Assembly (NCBI RefSeq): GCF_016433145.1
Contig: NC_058130.1
Location: 149,527,596-149,591,595 of the forward strand
Direction of reading: 5' to 3'
Source: Gracilinanus agilis
Taxonomy: Eukaryota
DNA: 64,000 nt
Shown piece after piece: positions 25,520 through 38,415 of this stretch (positions are counted from its first letter, which is position 1; every line of letters begins with the position of its first letter). Under the pieces are notes generated by a model. The model was given only the letters and a program-made list of their open reading frames with translations. It was not told the origin of the DNA and did no database searches. A program made the position numbers and the translations under genes.

Positions 25520-25930
25520 CTTCATAATGTTTCTTCAACTTATATAAATTGATGCAATGAGAAATGAACAGAACCAGGAGGACAATTATAAACAATAATA
25601 GAAATAGTGTAAACATAATAAACTGTGAAAGGCAGTAACTGATTAGTTCAAAGATCTACCACAATTCCAAGGGATCCATGTTGAAAAATGCTATCTACCT
25701 ATAGATCGAGAACTGGTGAAGTGAGAGTAGAGTTTGAAGCATATTTTTTCACTTTATTTTTTTATTGTTTGCTTTTTTTGTGAACATAGCTAATGGGAAA
25801 ATACATTTTGCATGATTTTATGTACATAGTAATGGATATAGTATTTCTTTCCATATTAATAGAAGGGAGAAGGAGAGGAAGGAGGAAGAGAATTTGGAAC
25901 TGAAAAACAAAAATAAAATTCTTCACAAAA
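25520..25930 (+). mobile_element. old LINE-1 3' UTR
   Basis: aattgatgcaatgagaaatgaacagaaccagg...aatgctatctacctatag...gggagaaggagagg plus A tail. Confidence 0.65.
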
Positions 25931-26149
25931 TAAGATAAAAATACAAAAACATATTCTCAGGAAAAATTCTTTTATGCATATTGGGATCACTTCAGACAGT
26001 CTAGTTTAGAGATTGTAGAATGACAGTTAAACTGAGTCTCTTGTAGGTCTCTTACTTCTCTTGAGACTATTAAGGATTAATAACATGATTTTCCTGAGAA
26101 GAGAAAGGAAGGGTGTGATGAAGAGAATAAATAATTCCAAAGTCTCTAC

Positions 26150-26375
26150 TCTGTGGTACATACTTTGCTAAGGACTTTATAAATATCATTTCATATTTTC
26201 TTTACACCATTTTGTGAGGTAGCACTATTACACTCTCCATTATACAGCTGGGAAAGTTGAGGAAGAGAGAGGTTAAGTGATTTACCCAGGGTAACAGAGT
26301 TAATAAATGTTTAAGACTAAATTTGAACTCAGGTCTTCCTGACCCCAGCTTCAGTGCTCTCTTCACTGTGAGATT
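26150..26375 (-). mobile_element. MIR
   Basis: ttaagtgatttacccagggtaacag...tttgaactcaggtcttcctgacccc. Confidence 0.65.
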
Positions 26376-26735
26376 TTGTACATTCACAGAGAAAGCTTAA
26401 ATATTTTAACAAGTTTCTGATAATTTCTCTAAGTATGACATTAGTTAATAGATATCTTCATTAACTAATGATCATTCAGTTTGTGTGTGATTAATTTTAA
26501 TAAAAAGTATCCTAAATCCCAATATATGAAGTGGCAAAGTCCAGAAGCCACATAGTAGCTGAACCAGTAAATAAGAGATCTTTCCAAAATATGTAAAGTT
26601 TATGCAAAATATTAGGAATTACCAATTTGACTTTTCAGCCAGTCTCATGTGACAATAGGGACAATGGTGCTATCTTTGAACACAAAGCAATAAATCTTCC
26701 AAACAAAGTAAGGGCACTGAAAACCACAGAATTTG

Positions 26736-27677
26736 TCATGTTTTCTGTAAAAATAGAGTTCTGAATAAAACTTTCTTCACAGCTCCTTTCACCTCTTTGT
26801 TCCTCAGGCTATAGATGATGGGGTTCAGCATTGGAGTTACTACCCCATAAGAAAGCACAATGATTTCATCAGATGTCTTTGTGTCCTTGGACTTGGGCTT
26901 CATATACATGAAAAGGGCAGACCCATAGAACAAAATCACCACAGTCAGGTGGGCTGAACAAGTGGAAAAGGCCTTTTTCCTCCCTTCACTAGAGTTAATT
27001 TTCAGGATGGTGGCAAGGATGAAAATGTAAGAGAAGAAAATGAGCATCAGAGGGATGATTAAGAGAACAATACTCCCCACCATCATGATAAGCACATTGA
27101 GGGATATATCTACACAAATAAGCTTGAGAAGGGCCAAGATCTCACAGGTAATGTGGTCAATAATATTCCCACAAAAAGGCTTTATCATGGCAAGCACAGT
27201 TTGTATCAGGGCTATGAGAAATCCAGCTATCCAAGTCCAAGCCGCCATCTGTGCACAGAGTCCCTTATTCATAATGATGGTATATCTTAAGGGATTGCAG
27301 ATGGCAACGTATCTGTCATAGGCCATCACAGCCAGGAGTATACATTCTGTTGATCCTAGTCCAAGAGAAATAACCATCTGTAGTGTACATCCAAGGAAAG
27401 ATATCGATTTTCTCTCAGACGTAAAATTAATCAGAATCTTAGGAATAAAGGAAGATGTGTAACAGATGTCCAGGAAGGAGAGATTCCCAAGGAAAAAGTA
27501 CATGGGCGTGTGAAGACGGGAATCCAGTACACTGATGATAATCAGGATGCTGTTTCCCAAAAGGATCACCAAGTACATCAACAAACAGAGCACATAAAGA
27601 GATATCTGGAGGCCTGGGTAATGAGAAAGACCTACCAGAAAAAACTCAGTTACAGCTGTGTAATTCCCTTTGTCCAT
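26736..27677 (-). CDS. OR13D1-like: olfactory receptor, OR13D-like, intact, 313 aa
   Basis: All OR motifs intact ([54 protein letters not shown]); acceptor AG at 27698-27697, 19 nt before the ATG. Confidence 0.97.
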   Translation of the reverse strand: MDKGNYTAVTEFFLVGLSHYPGLQISLYVLCLLMYLVILLGNSILIIISVLDSRLHTPMYFFLGNLSFLDICYTSSFIPKILINFTSERKSISFLGCTLQMVISLGLGSTECILLAVMAYDRYVAICNPLRYTIIMNKGLCAQMAAWTWIAGFLIALIQTVLAMIKPFCGNIIDHITCEILALLKLICVDISLNVLIMMVGSIVLLIIPLMLIFFSYIFILATILKINSSEGRKKAFSTCSAHLTVVILFYGSALFMYMKPKSKDTKTSDEIIVLSYGVVTPMLNPIIYSLRNKEVKGAVKKVLFRTLFLQKT

Positions 27678-28852
27678 ATTAATTTTTCTGTGTCACCTGT
27701 GGGAATTATAGAAAGATACTTGTCATAGAAATGAGATTGAACAGTAACAGTGGTGTACATTTCTATCATATATGATTTGTTCTTTTTATTTTTCCTTCTG
27801 TTAATATCAATTTTATTTGGATTTCCATTGATAGACACAGATTTTCAAATATATGAGCAAGAGTGCAAAGAAAACAGAAATTCGAGCTTATATTTACAAA
27901 CAGATCAGAGCTGGTTAATGATTTTATATGTGTATAATTTCTATTCTTTACTGAAACTATCTTTCATATAAAAAGACCTACAATATCCTCATTTCCTTGA
28001 CTTTTTTACTTTTAGTCACTCTGAAGATTATTTTATTGCTATTTTTGCATTTTAAGTAAGTTTTGCTTTTTGGATTATGGTTTTCCCTCTTCTTTATTAC
28101 GTCATATATTTTGTACTTTTTCAAATCTTTTCCCATTTATCTCATCATCACTGACTGTCATAATATTCCTTGTAGTTGGCAAGCATTATAATCTCCATTT
28201 AACATATGAAGATATGAGAAACTGAAAAGTTAAGCAATTATTTGTAGTAAGAATTCTTGTCTCCTGATTTCTAGTCCAATACTATTTTTTTTACTTCACT
28301 ATGCTGCCTTCCAAGGCCTCATAGGAAACATCAACTTTTGCTGTGAACTTGTACCTTAAGGGAGGGCCTAATACTTTGATCAATGGACCTTTCTCCAAAC
28401 CCTGACAATGTGCCTGGACTCATTCCTCAAAGGTTAGCATACTAATACCCAGTCAACTTGAAAAGAAATTTAATTAAGTTGCTTTTAATTACTTATTAAG
28501 ATTAAGGTATAATAGAAGAGGAATAATATCAAGAGAGTTTGCAATGTAGAAAAAATGCCTATATCAGTTCCCCTACCTTGCCACACACTTTGGTGTTTGT
28601 ACCATAAGGAAATTTAAGACCTAGTGTTTTGGTTTCATGACTAAGCCACCTGAGAAAAGGAATGATGAAAAGTCCCGTTCATCATCCCTGTTAAGAACCT
28701 GAATATCTAGCTCTGTCCTATAAGCCCTGTTCATTTGTTTGAACAGTGTTGAATCACTGTCTATGCTTATAAAATCTGTAAGAACTTGGACTATACCGAG
28801 AGTCTGTAGACCCTGAGTTTTTAAAATGCAGCTCTACAATCAAAGCAGTTTT

Positions 28853-29243
28853 NNNNNNNNNNNNNNNNNNNNNNNNNNNNNNNNNNNNNNNNNNNNNNNN
28901 NNNNNNNNNNNNNNNNNNNNNNNNNNNNNNNNNNNNNNNNNNNNNNNNNNNNNNNNNNNNNNNNNNNNNNNNNNNNNNNNNNNNNNNNNNNNNNNNNNNN
29001 NNNNNNNNNNNNNNNNNNNNNNNNNNNNNNNNNNNNNNNNNNNNNNNNNNNNNNNNNNNNNNNNNNNNNNNNNNNNNNNNNNNNNNNNNNNNNNNNNNNN
29101 NNNNNNNNNNNNNNNNNNNNNNNNNNNNNNNNNNNNNNNNNNNNNNNNNNNNNNNNNNNNNNNNNNNNNNNNNNNNNNNNNNNNNNNNNNNNNNNNNNNN
29201 NNNNNNNNNNNNNNNNNNNNNNNNNNNNNNNNNNNNNNNNNNN
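28853..29243. other. assembly gap (391 N)
   Basis: Directly visible; abuts a (TC)n tract. Confidence 0.99.
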
Positions 29244-29299
<56 letters not shown>

Positions 29300-29305
29300 T
29301 CTCTC
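29244..29305. repeat. (TC)n microsatellite
   Basis: Directly visible. Confidence 0.95.
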
Positions 29306-29689
29306 TGTCTTTTCTCATCCCAGTAGTTTGGACATGTTTGGCTATTTTTGTATAAATTCAAATACTTGCTCCCTCTGTCCAATTGCTCTCAACTGTAACC
29401 TTCCCCCAAATATCCTACTCTAGCTCCATCTATTCTACTTCATATTTAAGCAATCAGAAAATCTTCTCTCCTACTCTTATTCTCAAATTCCTTCCTCTCC
29501 ATCTCAAAATTTCTCCATAATCCCATTTTTCTTATTTTTTAATTACTGAGCAAAAGATGCCTCTTGTCTTTTCTGAATCTTGCTGTTGTGTGTATTCACC
29601 TCCCTCCTTTTTATCAATTGAAGATCTTTTCCCTGTTGCACTATAGTTTGTAATAAGTTCTTTTACATGCTTAAAATTGCTCTTCCAAG

Positions 29690-29905
29690 GATGTGCTGGA
29701 GAGAACTTTTAACATGGTTGTGAAAATCCATTGTTAATTTTTCAATGTGTGCCTCAGAACTCCACAATCACAATCAGAGCTTGAATATTTTGTTGATTAT
29801 CTACAACTGAGAGAATCCATAATGCAGATTAAATTTAAACATGTGTATATACATTCTTCCTACCCTTAATCTCTTACCCATTTGTTAAATATTTACCAGC
29901 ACATC
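29690..29905. mobile_element. hAT MITE, MER63-like (Blackjack group)
   Basis: Perfect 10-bp inverted repeats gatgtgctgg (29690-29699) and ccagcacatc (29896-29905); internal ttgttaattttc motif. Confidence 0.65.
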
Positions 29906-30769
29906 TATGAATTGTTCTATAAACTATGCTTGAGCTCAGCTGGAGCATAATAGAAGATTCAGGGAAAGAGGTAATCATTAGATTTGGTACCTAGTGACTC
30001 TAAACTAATAATAATTGCTAGCATTTAAGGAGCATTTTAACATTTGCAGTGTTTTACATCCATTATCTCATTTGAGTTTCACAATATCGCTGGTTCTTTT
30101 CTTCTACCAGGCGAAAGAGGCAGCTTCATTTATAGATATTTAAATTAGATTCTTTGCTACTTACCACATCGACAAATCCCACATTTTCCACATAATTTCT
30201 ATGATTTATTAAGTTGTACTTACACATAATTGTACTGAAAATATTTTGGAAGAGAGAAGCAAAAGTGGGAGAATCTTTTTTTTTCTTATAGTTAGGCACT
30301 CTGACTTTCTAGTTAAACTATATTTGTCTTGAGTACAATGAATCATGGAATCACTGAGTTATAGAATATTTGGAGTATTATGATCCTTAAAACAAATTTG
30401 AAGAAGTAGAAGAGACTTCAGAAACTAGAACATGAATGGTCAGAGCTAGATGTTACCTTAGAAAACTGAATTTGAAAGTTGGAAGGAATCTTAAGATACA
30501 GAACATAATAAATACTTTTGCATGCTGTTAGAAGGAACATAGAATGTGAGAGCTAAAAAGAACCTTTAAGATCATTTCAGTCCAAATCTTGATTTTTCTA
30601 GAGAGAAAATATAAGGATGGATTGTTACTAACCATGCTAGATTGGGCCCTAGGACGGTTGAACTGATATTGTAATCATTCATCAGTAAGAGATACAAGGG
30701 GCTAATTGTCAGCAATATATTCTTTCCAATGGAGCAAAATACATCCTGACGAAACTTGTTTGGTTTTCA

Positions 30770-31010
30770 TTTTAATAATGTGTTGAATTTATAAAACACT
30801 TTTCAAAATGCTTTAGAAAGATGATCTCATTTGATACTCACACAAGCTCAGAGAGGTAGATGCTATTATTATTTCATTTTACAAACAAGGAAACTGAAGT
30901 TGAAAGTATAAATGACTTTCCCAGGACCACACAACTAGCAAGTATTTGAGGCAGGATTTGGGTTCAAGTCTTCTTCATTTGAAGACCAGCATTCTGTCCA
31001 CTATGCCACC
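30770..31010 (-). mobile_element. MIR
   Basis: gatctcatttgatactcacac...ttttacaaacaaggaaactgaag...gactttcccaggaccac. Confidence 0.65.
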
Positions 31011-31109
31011 TAGTTTGACCATCTACATGAAGGTTTCCCATCCAACTTTATCTGTTTGACATTTATTTTCTTCTCAACATTCCTAAGTTTCGCCCACATC
31101 TTCCATTTC

Positions 31110-31685
31110 TATTTTTTTAACCTCCTAAAATTATCCTTCCCAAGGTACTTCCAACCCTTCTCATTTACCTTTCTGGGTGAAATCCAGGCCTTCTGCTCTT
31201 ATGCCAAGTTAGCTCCCTCTCCATTATGGACAAAGGAATAATAAACACACTTCCAAAAAATTTTGGATGACTTGAGCTATCAAACATAGAGATATAATCC
31301 CAGACACTATCTCCCTGTCTTGTGTGTGGCTACAATTCAGGTATGCTATGAAACACTAGAAAAGTCAACAAGATGCTATATTTTCTACCCACCTCATGAC
31401 AATACCTTGTTTAGAGAAAACTACTATTTTCCCACATCTACGATAAGTGTATGCTTCAGTCTGTGGTCCCTGGAACATTCCAAGGGATCATCCCCTGGAA
31501 ACAGATGCCAATTTAATGCCCTCTTACACTCTTCACCACATCATCCCTACCCAATGTTCTTAGGGACTCTTTGTAATCCCTGAAGTAATTTAAAGTGATA
31601 GGTAGGAACTGTGTGTGAGAAAATTTTGTGTGGTAAAGGGAGTGCTATCAATTCAAACCCTCCTTCCTAACAACCTAATTATATC
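31110..31685 (-). promoter_or_regulatory. putative promoter / non-coding exon 1 of the OR at 26736-27677 (module copy C)
   Basis: Donor AG|GTAAAT (ac at 31167-31168); three O/E-like sites tccctggaac 31467-31476, ttccaaggga 31478-31487, tcccctggaa 31491-31500; core 31574-31595; CTAATTA 31675-31681. Confidence 0.68.
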
Positions 31686-33064
31686 AACCTTAATAAACAG
31701 GTTTAATTGATGACACAAACAAAACTAAAAACTGGAAGACACTTCCAACTGTATTCTAGTGAAGCCAGGCACTGGGAGAGTGATGCAATTATCTGGATAT
31801 TTCAAGCCCAATTCCATATTTCTCTGCCACCTTTAGTTATTGTACCAGTGGGGGACTCTGGAGCAAATATTCTATTGTCTTCATGTGTGGATTGATTTCT
31901 CACTCCTCAATGTCCTCCCCCAACCTTGCTAATAAAGACATTCAAAAAAACATATGCCTCAAAAGCCACTGAGTTTCCTATACAGACTAGAATATTCACA
32001 TCTGTAATTATGGATGACATATTTTTCTTGTGGACAAAATAGAGATGTGGACTGATGGAGAGAACAGTTATACAGATGCAGAACTGCTTGAAGGACTGGA
32101 GTTAATGAGTGATGATGACTAGATTGCTACTAACTTAATAGGGCATGTGTAGTGGATTACCCCCAAACTCTGCTTTTGGCCCTGCTACCTTCACCAATTT
32201 TATCATGGCCTTTCAGGTTTATCATATTTGTGGATGGTGCTAAATCGGGAGGAAGAGATGATATGCCAAGTGACTGTGCTGGGATCCAAAAAGCTTGTGG
32301 GAGTTGGGCTTCACCCTATCTAAGGTGATGGTAGAGCCCTGTCTCATGCATAAGCAGGTTCTAAGATTTTTGGGCCCTGGACTTGGTTCTGATCTAGCCC
32401 TATCATTTCTCATATCTGAGGCCTAGCTAGTCTTGTATTGCATGCTAGTTACACCCTGTGTTTTGCTGAGGCTTAGGTTCAGGTCTTTTACTAAGTGCTG
32501 ATATGATTTTGTCTCTTGTTCCAGCTGGACCATAGCCTGGGTGCTAGTCTGACCCTATTGCCTACTCTGGATCCTTGTTTCTTGCATACTTTGCCTTCTA
32601 CCTCCCTTGGCTCATGTCTATTCAGAGATTCTTAATAGTTTTTCTGCAGTCATAGACTAAATGGTGGAACCTGTAGTTCTTTCCCTTATCACTATATTCC
32701 TTGTGGCTTTTAGAGGCTAACTCTAAAATGTATTCTGGGATCCTCCATTACTAATGGATTATCAACTTTTCACAATTCATCTTATGATAAGGTTAAAAAA
32801 ATTTAGTGACTGGGACTAGAGAATGATAATAACACAATATCCCACTCTGCTCTGAATGTAGAATTCATCTCTAGAATATTGTATCTAAATCTAAATGCAT
32901 TTTAGGAAGAATATTGATTAAGAGTGAGAGTTTCCAGGGAAAGGAGATAGATATTGGACTCTGAGGCCATGCAATATGAGATTTGGTTGAAGTAGCTATT
33001 ATCTCAGCCTCATCCCTTTAGAAGGAGGCCAGCTGCACCTCTCTCAATATTGCAGAAGGGCTAG

Positions 33065-33130
33065 ATGGCATTTTTGAATGCCATCCATTCAAATGGCATT
33101 TTTGAATGCCATCCATTCAAATGGCATTTT
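33065..33130. repeat. perfect 28-bp tandem repeat x2.4 with internal inverted repeats
   Basis: Unit atggcatttttgaatgccatccattcaa at 33065-33092 and 33093-33120, partial third copy to 33130. Confidence 0.9.
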
Positions 33131-33899
33131 GCCTCTTAACTGATAGTGGGATAGTGAATGCCATCTAACCAATTAACATTGATAAGCTTTACAAAAGGAT
33201 ATTTATTTGAAAAATATTTGAAAAATATAGCAAGAGAAGTAACATAAAATATTATCCTTACTGTCCTCTGCTTGCCAACACTTCAGGAAAGTATTGTCCT
33301 CTACATTATTTCAGACCAAGGAGAAAGTGGTCTCAGACTTAATATAGTTTCTGTATTTCATTTATTCCATCAAAGTCATGTTTAAATGCAACATTGTTGT
33401 TGGATAATCTAGTGGCTCAACTATCACTGAGTTCTGAAGGTCAATCCTTACTCCTCATGGATCCCAAGCTGAATCCATTGGCAAAAATTCCTAGCTCTAT
33501 CTTCAAGTCTTGAGATCCTTGTGGTTCACTCTCCTGACCTTTCAAAACTCACATGGTCATAGCTTCACATCTTCTTCATGAGGCCCCTAATCACAGTCTA
33601 CATTCAAAGGTCTATATTACAAAATATCTCCACTTAGAATAGTTTGTCTTCTCTCTCACCAAAATGCCACCAATCGGGAAGAAGTGTTGTGAAAGAGAGC
33701 TAGTATTTCTGTACTGGTGCCTTTCGAATATCATGTCCACCCCAGTTCCAGTTATGCAGCTAATCCTCTTCATTGCATAGGAAGCAAACTTGAAGTAAGT
33801 TAAGATTGTCTACTCCTGCTCCAAATCCACATGGAGATTGAATTAGCCAAGTGATGCTATACATACTCACAAGGACTGGGCTCACAGCCATTTTCTCAT

Positions 33900-34280
33900 T
33901 TCAGAAGGAAATGATCATATTAAGCTGAAAGAAATATGATTAACAGAACATAGAATAAATGTCTTCAAATGTTTGAAGAGTTGTAGCACAGATAAAGGAT
34001 CAGACATGTTCTTCACTCCAAATAGCAGAACCAGAAACAACCTCAGGACACTCATGAGAGGTATAATTAGATTTAACATAAGGAAAAATTCTCTTATGAT
34101 AAAAACTATTTGATAATGGAATGAACTGCCTTAAGGTAGTGTAGCTCCCTTCATATGAGGTTAGACGATCACATTCTGAACATGATATAGACTGGATTTT
34201 TGAACCAGTTTTGAGCTGGTGTATAAGGTTCCAGAGATACCTTTCAAATCTGAGGTCCCATGATTCTGACTCTTACTCTT
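33900..34280 (+). mobile_element. CR1/L3 3' end
   Basis: gtcttcaaatgtttgaagagttg...ataatggaatgaactgcc...cctttcaaatctgaggtcccatgattctg. Confidence 0.6.
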
Positions 34281-34838
34281 TGTAAGCCCCTTGAAGGCAG
34301 GGACTAATTCTTTTTTATAATATATAAATACACACATATATACATGCACCTGCATATGTAAATGCACATATATACAGATATATGATTAATGAATATGTGT
34401 GGAACATATAAATATGTAAATATATAATCTGCATTGTTATACAGAAAGCTCAAAGTATTCTGATGAAAGACTGTTAATTCTACTGAACCTGTCATTAGGT
34501 AATTAGATATACCATTTCCCACCCACTTCCATCAATTGTCAATACATGAAAACTCAGTTTTTGAGTATATATGTATGTGTGATTTATTTTTATTGAAGGT
34601 GTTGTAAACTCCAAAGAGACTAAGAGGCACAGAAACAGAGGATATAAAGTAAGAAACTCTGGAGAGGAATTGTGCTTCCAATAAGGTACATGTATTCCCT
34701 ATGTGGAAAGGAAAGGGATCACACATTCCATTCTGCATCCACGCTAATGCATTTAATAATAAGTAGAACCATATTGATTTTGAATACTGAAGACAACATA
34801 CAAGATACAAAATTAATTCCACTACTAGCTCCAGCATT

Positions 34839-35748
34839 CCATATTCTTTTTTTAAAGTACAAGTTTCTTATCAGGATTTTCTCAATAGTCTTTTTCATCT
34901 TTTTTTTCCTTAGGCTGTAGATAATGAGGCTCAGCACTGGAGTGATGATCTCATAGGACAGAGAAAAAAACTCATCAGATGCCTTAGAGTCCTTGGCCTG
35001 GGCTTTTTGTACATGAAAAGGGTTGAGGCATAAAACAATCTTACCACAATGGGGGAGGGTTGCTGAGGCTCCCCCCTTACTCTTAGTAGAATTGACCCTC
35101 AGGATGGTGGAGAGGATGAAGATATAAAAGAAGAAAATGAGCAGCAGAAGAATGATTAAGAAAACAATACTCTCCACCATAATGATAAACATATTAACAA
35201 AGACATATTCACAGATAAGCTTGAGAAGGTATTTGGTATCTAAGGGGATAGATGATATTGCCACAGAAAGTCATCATCATAGAAGATGCAGTTTGCATCA
35301 GGGAGGTCAGATGCCCTATAATCCAGGTCCCAGCAGTCATCTGCTCACAGAATTCTATGTTCATGTTGATGTATCTTAGGGGATTGCAGATAGTGACACA
35401 TAGGCATCATTCCCAGGAGAATGCACTCTGTGCACCCAAATCCAAGAGAAAAAGCCATCTGCAGGGCACATCTAGAGAAGGAAATGAATTTTCTCACAGA
35501 CATAAAATTCATCAGTACTTGAGGAATAGATATATAACAGATATTTAGGAAGGGGAGATTCCCAGAGAAAAAATAAATAGGAGCTTGAAGGTAAGGATAC
35601 AGGATGTGGATGATAATGAGAATACTATTTCCCCAAAGGGTCATCAGGTAGAACACCAGGCAGAGCATAGAAGATATATCCAAAGGCCTGGGTAAAGAGA
35701 AAGCCTGACCAGAAAAACTGTCACAGCTGTGAAATTTCCATTTTCCAT
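34839..35748 (-). pseudogene. OR13D-like olfactory receptor pseudogene
   Basis: Starts MENGNFTAVTVFLVRLS; frameshift after ~codon 27; PMYFF decayed to APIYFFSGNLPF; MAYDRY destroyed by deletion and frameshift; further shifts after FCGNII and around KAFSTC; ancestral stop TGA is TGG at 34839-34841. Pieces appear as ORFs 35345-35683 and 34719-35264. Confidence 0.93.
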
Positions 35749-36399
35749 GTCACTTGATCAATGTCACCTGTATGGTTTAGGGAAGGACAAAACTCAAAGC
35801 AAATGAAATGATTTATAATAATGAAGAATAATAACATTCATAATCAAAGTCATAGTTTGAAGTATTTATTTTTCTCTTTCAATATGATTTCTTCTATGAT
35901 TTACATGCACAAGAAAAGGTGTTTAAATATATGAATAATAGCATAAACAAAGACAATTATAAAAGCATTCATATAATTTGAAAGAAATTTGAACAGCAAA
36001 AAAAGCCATGTTTTAGAAATTTTTTCAGTCCCAACAAATTTTTAAAAAGTATTGGTCAGTTATTGAATGACTTCTGAATCCATAAGAGAAGATAATTCCC
36101 AATGGAGGTAAAAATCTCATGATTAACACGAGATGACTTCAATATTTCAAACACTGATTCAAAGTCCTCACACCTAACTGATCCTACACACTCACAGCAA
36201 TAAAGACAAATAAGTTTCCAGGCTCGTGATTCAGGATACAGCTGCAAGGTAGCCATCAGAAAGGAAAATGAAGACTGTGTTCTTAGCCATAGAATAGAAG
36301 GGAGTATTGAAAGACAGGTCTGAGAGAAGAAGGACTAGAAATCTAGCTTGTCCCAGACTGCTTCCACAAGAAATTTCTCAGGAAATGGAGGTTTATCTG

Positions 36400-36900
36400 G
36401 CCAGTCTTCATATCTTCCAGTCTTGAGGCTGTTGAGCAAGCAGCCAATCCTGAGGAATTTGTGTACCAGTAGAAAATGGAAGAAGCAAGGGGCAAACAGG
36501 ATTTCAAAAGTCAAATTATGGGAAGTATGAGGAAAGTTGAAACACTAAACCAGGGGCCGGCAACCTTTTTGGCCGTGAGAGCCATAAACACCACATTTTT
36601 TAAAATGTAATTTCGTGAGAGCTGTACAGTGCTCACAGTGCGCTCCTGTAACAGCGCCTGAAAAAAAATGAACTTTATGGCTCCTGCAGAAAGAGCCATA
36701 TCTGGCCCTTAAAAGAGCCAGATATGGCTCGAGAGCTATACGTTGCCAACCCCTGCACTAAAAGATCAAGCACGAAAAGCAGAAACCCAGTCCACAAGTA
36801 GATAAACTGGAGAAAGAACACAAAAAAGAACATTAATAAAGAGAAACATAAAATTCAAAATCTAAAGCATACTAAAATATATAATATGAAAGAAAATTAA
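36400..36900 (+). mobile_element. possible old LINE-1 ORF1 remnant, interrupted by the MITE
   Basis: With the MITE removed it reads MEEARGKQDFKSQIMGSMRKVETLKDQARK, loosely like an ORF1 coiled coil. Confidence 0.3.
36551..36755. mobile_element. young hAT-Charlie MITE (OposCharlie-like), 205 bp
   Basis: TIRs caggggccggcaac / gttgccaacccctg; 8-bp TSD cactaaac (36543-36550) / cactaaaa (36756-36763) with central TA; several CpGs retained. Confidence 0.88.
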
Positions 36901-36959
36901 CTAATATTATCAGATGAAAGAGAGAAGAATCCTGTAGATACCTCATAAATGATGGAAAG

Positions 36960-37520
36960 AGAGCAAGAGATAGAACAAAAATGATTTGAAAGAGCAATAA
37001 AATTAATTAAGGAAAAAAGCATCATGAAAACTCAGGGAATTAAGATTATCTAGGAGAAGAATGTATTCAGCAATGTAAATAATAGAGAGAAGTTCAGAAG
37101 GATGAGAACTAAGAACAGTTTATCAGATTTGTTAATTATGCTGTTGGTAACCTTGGAAAGAACAATATTAGTGGAGTGGTGAGGTCAGATGCTTGATTTT
37201 AATGGGCTAAGAAATGAATGGGAAAAGAGTAAATAAAGGCAATAATTATATAAGGCTTTTTCAAGGAAAGGAGGATAAGAGATTTATATTATATATATAT
37301 ATTGCATATATATAAAAGGAGATAAATTGAGATAAATATTGCTATCTTTTTTAAAATGAATGAGAACGGAACACTTTGAAAGGAGAAAGGAGTTATTGGA
37401 AAGGGAGAAAGACTGAAGAGAGGAGATTGATGAAGAAGATCTTTGAAGAAATAGAATTAGATAGTATGAAGAATATTAGAGGAGAATTTTAAAACTTGAT
37501 ACAGAATGTGGATATTTCCT
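36960..37520 (-). mobile_element. LINE-2 fragment
   Basis: aataggagagaagttcagaaggatgagaactaag...ttggtaaccttggaaagaacaatattagtggagtggtgaggtcag type antisense L2 sequence. Confidence 0.55.
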
Positions 37521-37539
37521 CTTTTGTGATATGTGAAGA

Positions 37540-38260
37540 ATCATTGCTGCTATAATATGAATAGAAGATGTCGTTTGGGAAACATTTTCAGAGCAAGTAT
37601 CTGTAATGAAGCTATTTTACCAAGACAAATAGGAAATTTATCCAAATATATGTAAAAATATACAAATCCCAATCTATAATAAATAATAGTTAAAGGATAT
37701 AAACAGGTAATTTTTGTAAGATGAATTCAAAGTATCAACAAGAATGAGAAAGAATTCTTGTAATCACTAATACTGAGAAATTAATATAACATATCTTATA
37801 CACAAATCACAATATCAAATATGATAATCAAAAAATATTTGAGAAGTAGTCAGAAAGCAAGTGCATTCATGATGCTCATCAAGTAGTGGTTGGAGAAATA
37901 ATTGTGATAAACAGATGTGACAAAAATAATTTTGCATTAAGAAATTATGAATATGAACAATCCATAGATATTTAGGAAAACTTATGAACTAATGCTAAGT
38001 GATGTAAGAAGATTCAAGAGAATAATTTCTAGGATGACCCAATGATGTACAAGAAAACAAGACAGAAAAAATGTCAGTACCCAATCTTGACTAAAGAAAA
38101 CTGAGAGTGAAATATATGTTCCTTCTTAGGTATTAAAATTTTGGTCAATAGAAATGGAATGAGGCTTGTGTAGTTTTGTGTGGACTATTCTAGTTTAATT
38201 TACTTACCCATCTTTCTTTTTTTAAAAGATGATTGTTGTGGAGTAAGGGCATATTAGGAA
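37540..38260 (+). mobile_element. old LINE-1 ORF2 3' region and UTR
   Basis: gggaaacattttcagagcaagtatctg...aaaggatataaacagg...aactaatgctaagtgatgtaag. Confidence 0.5.
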
Positions 38261-38283
38261 GTAATAGTATTGATTTTTTAAAA

Positions 38284-38415
38284 ACCCTTTCCTTCTGCCT
38301 TGGAACCAATATTGCTTAAGTTTACACAGCTAGGAAGTGTCTGCGACCATATTTGAACCCAGGACTTCCTAACTACAGGCCTGGCTTTCTATCTACTGAG
38401 CCACCTAGCTTCCCC
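38284..38415 (-). mobile_element. SINE1_Mdo with 18-bp TSD
   Basis: TSD agtattgattttttaaaa at 38266-38283 and 38416-38433. Confidence 0.88.

Larger units (their letters stand above)
28600..29330 (+). mobile_element. possible LTR spanning the assembly gap
   Basis: TG-starting GC-richer segment, TATAAAA near 28769, (TC)n right after the gap as in the LTR at 7371-8350; termini not confirmed. Confidence 0.3.

Noticed and set aside
28821-29382. Long ORFs of X and ER/SL repeats
   Set aside because: Artefacts of the N gap and the (TC)n tract.
34719-35264. 181-aa ORF as a functional truncated receptor
   Set aside because: Mixed-frame pseudogene remnant lacking TM1-4 and the DRY and KAFSTC motifs; its length comes from loss of the stop codon.
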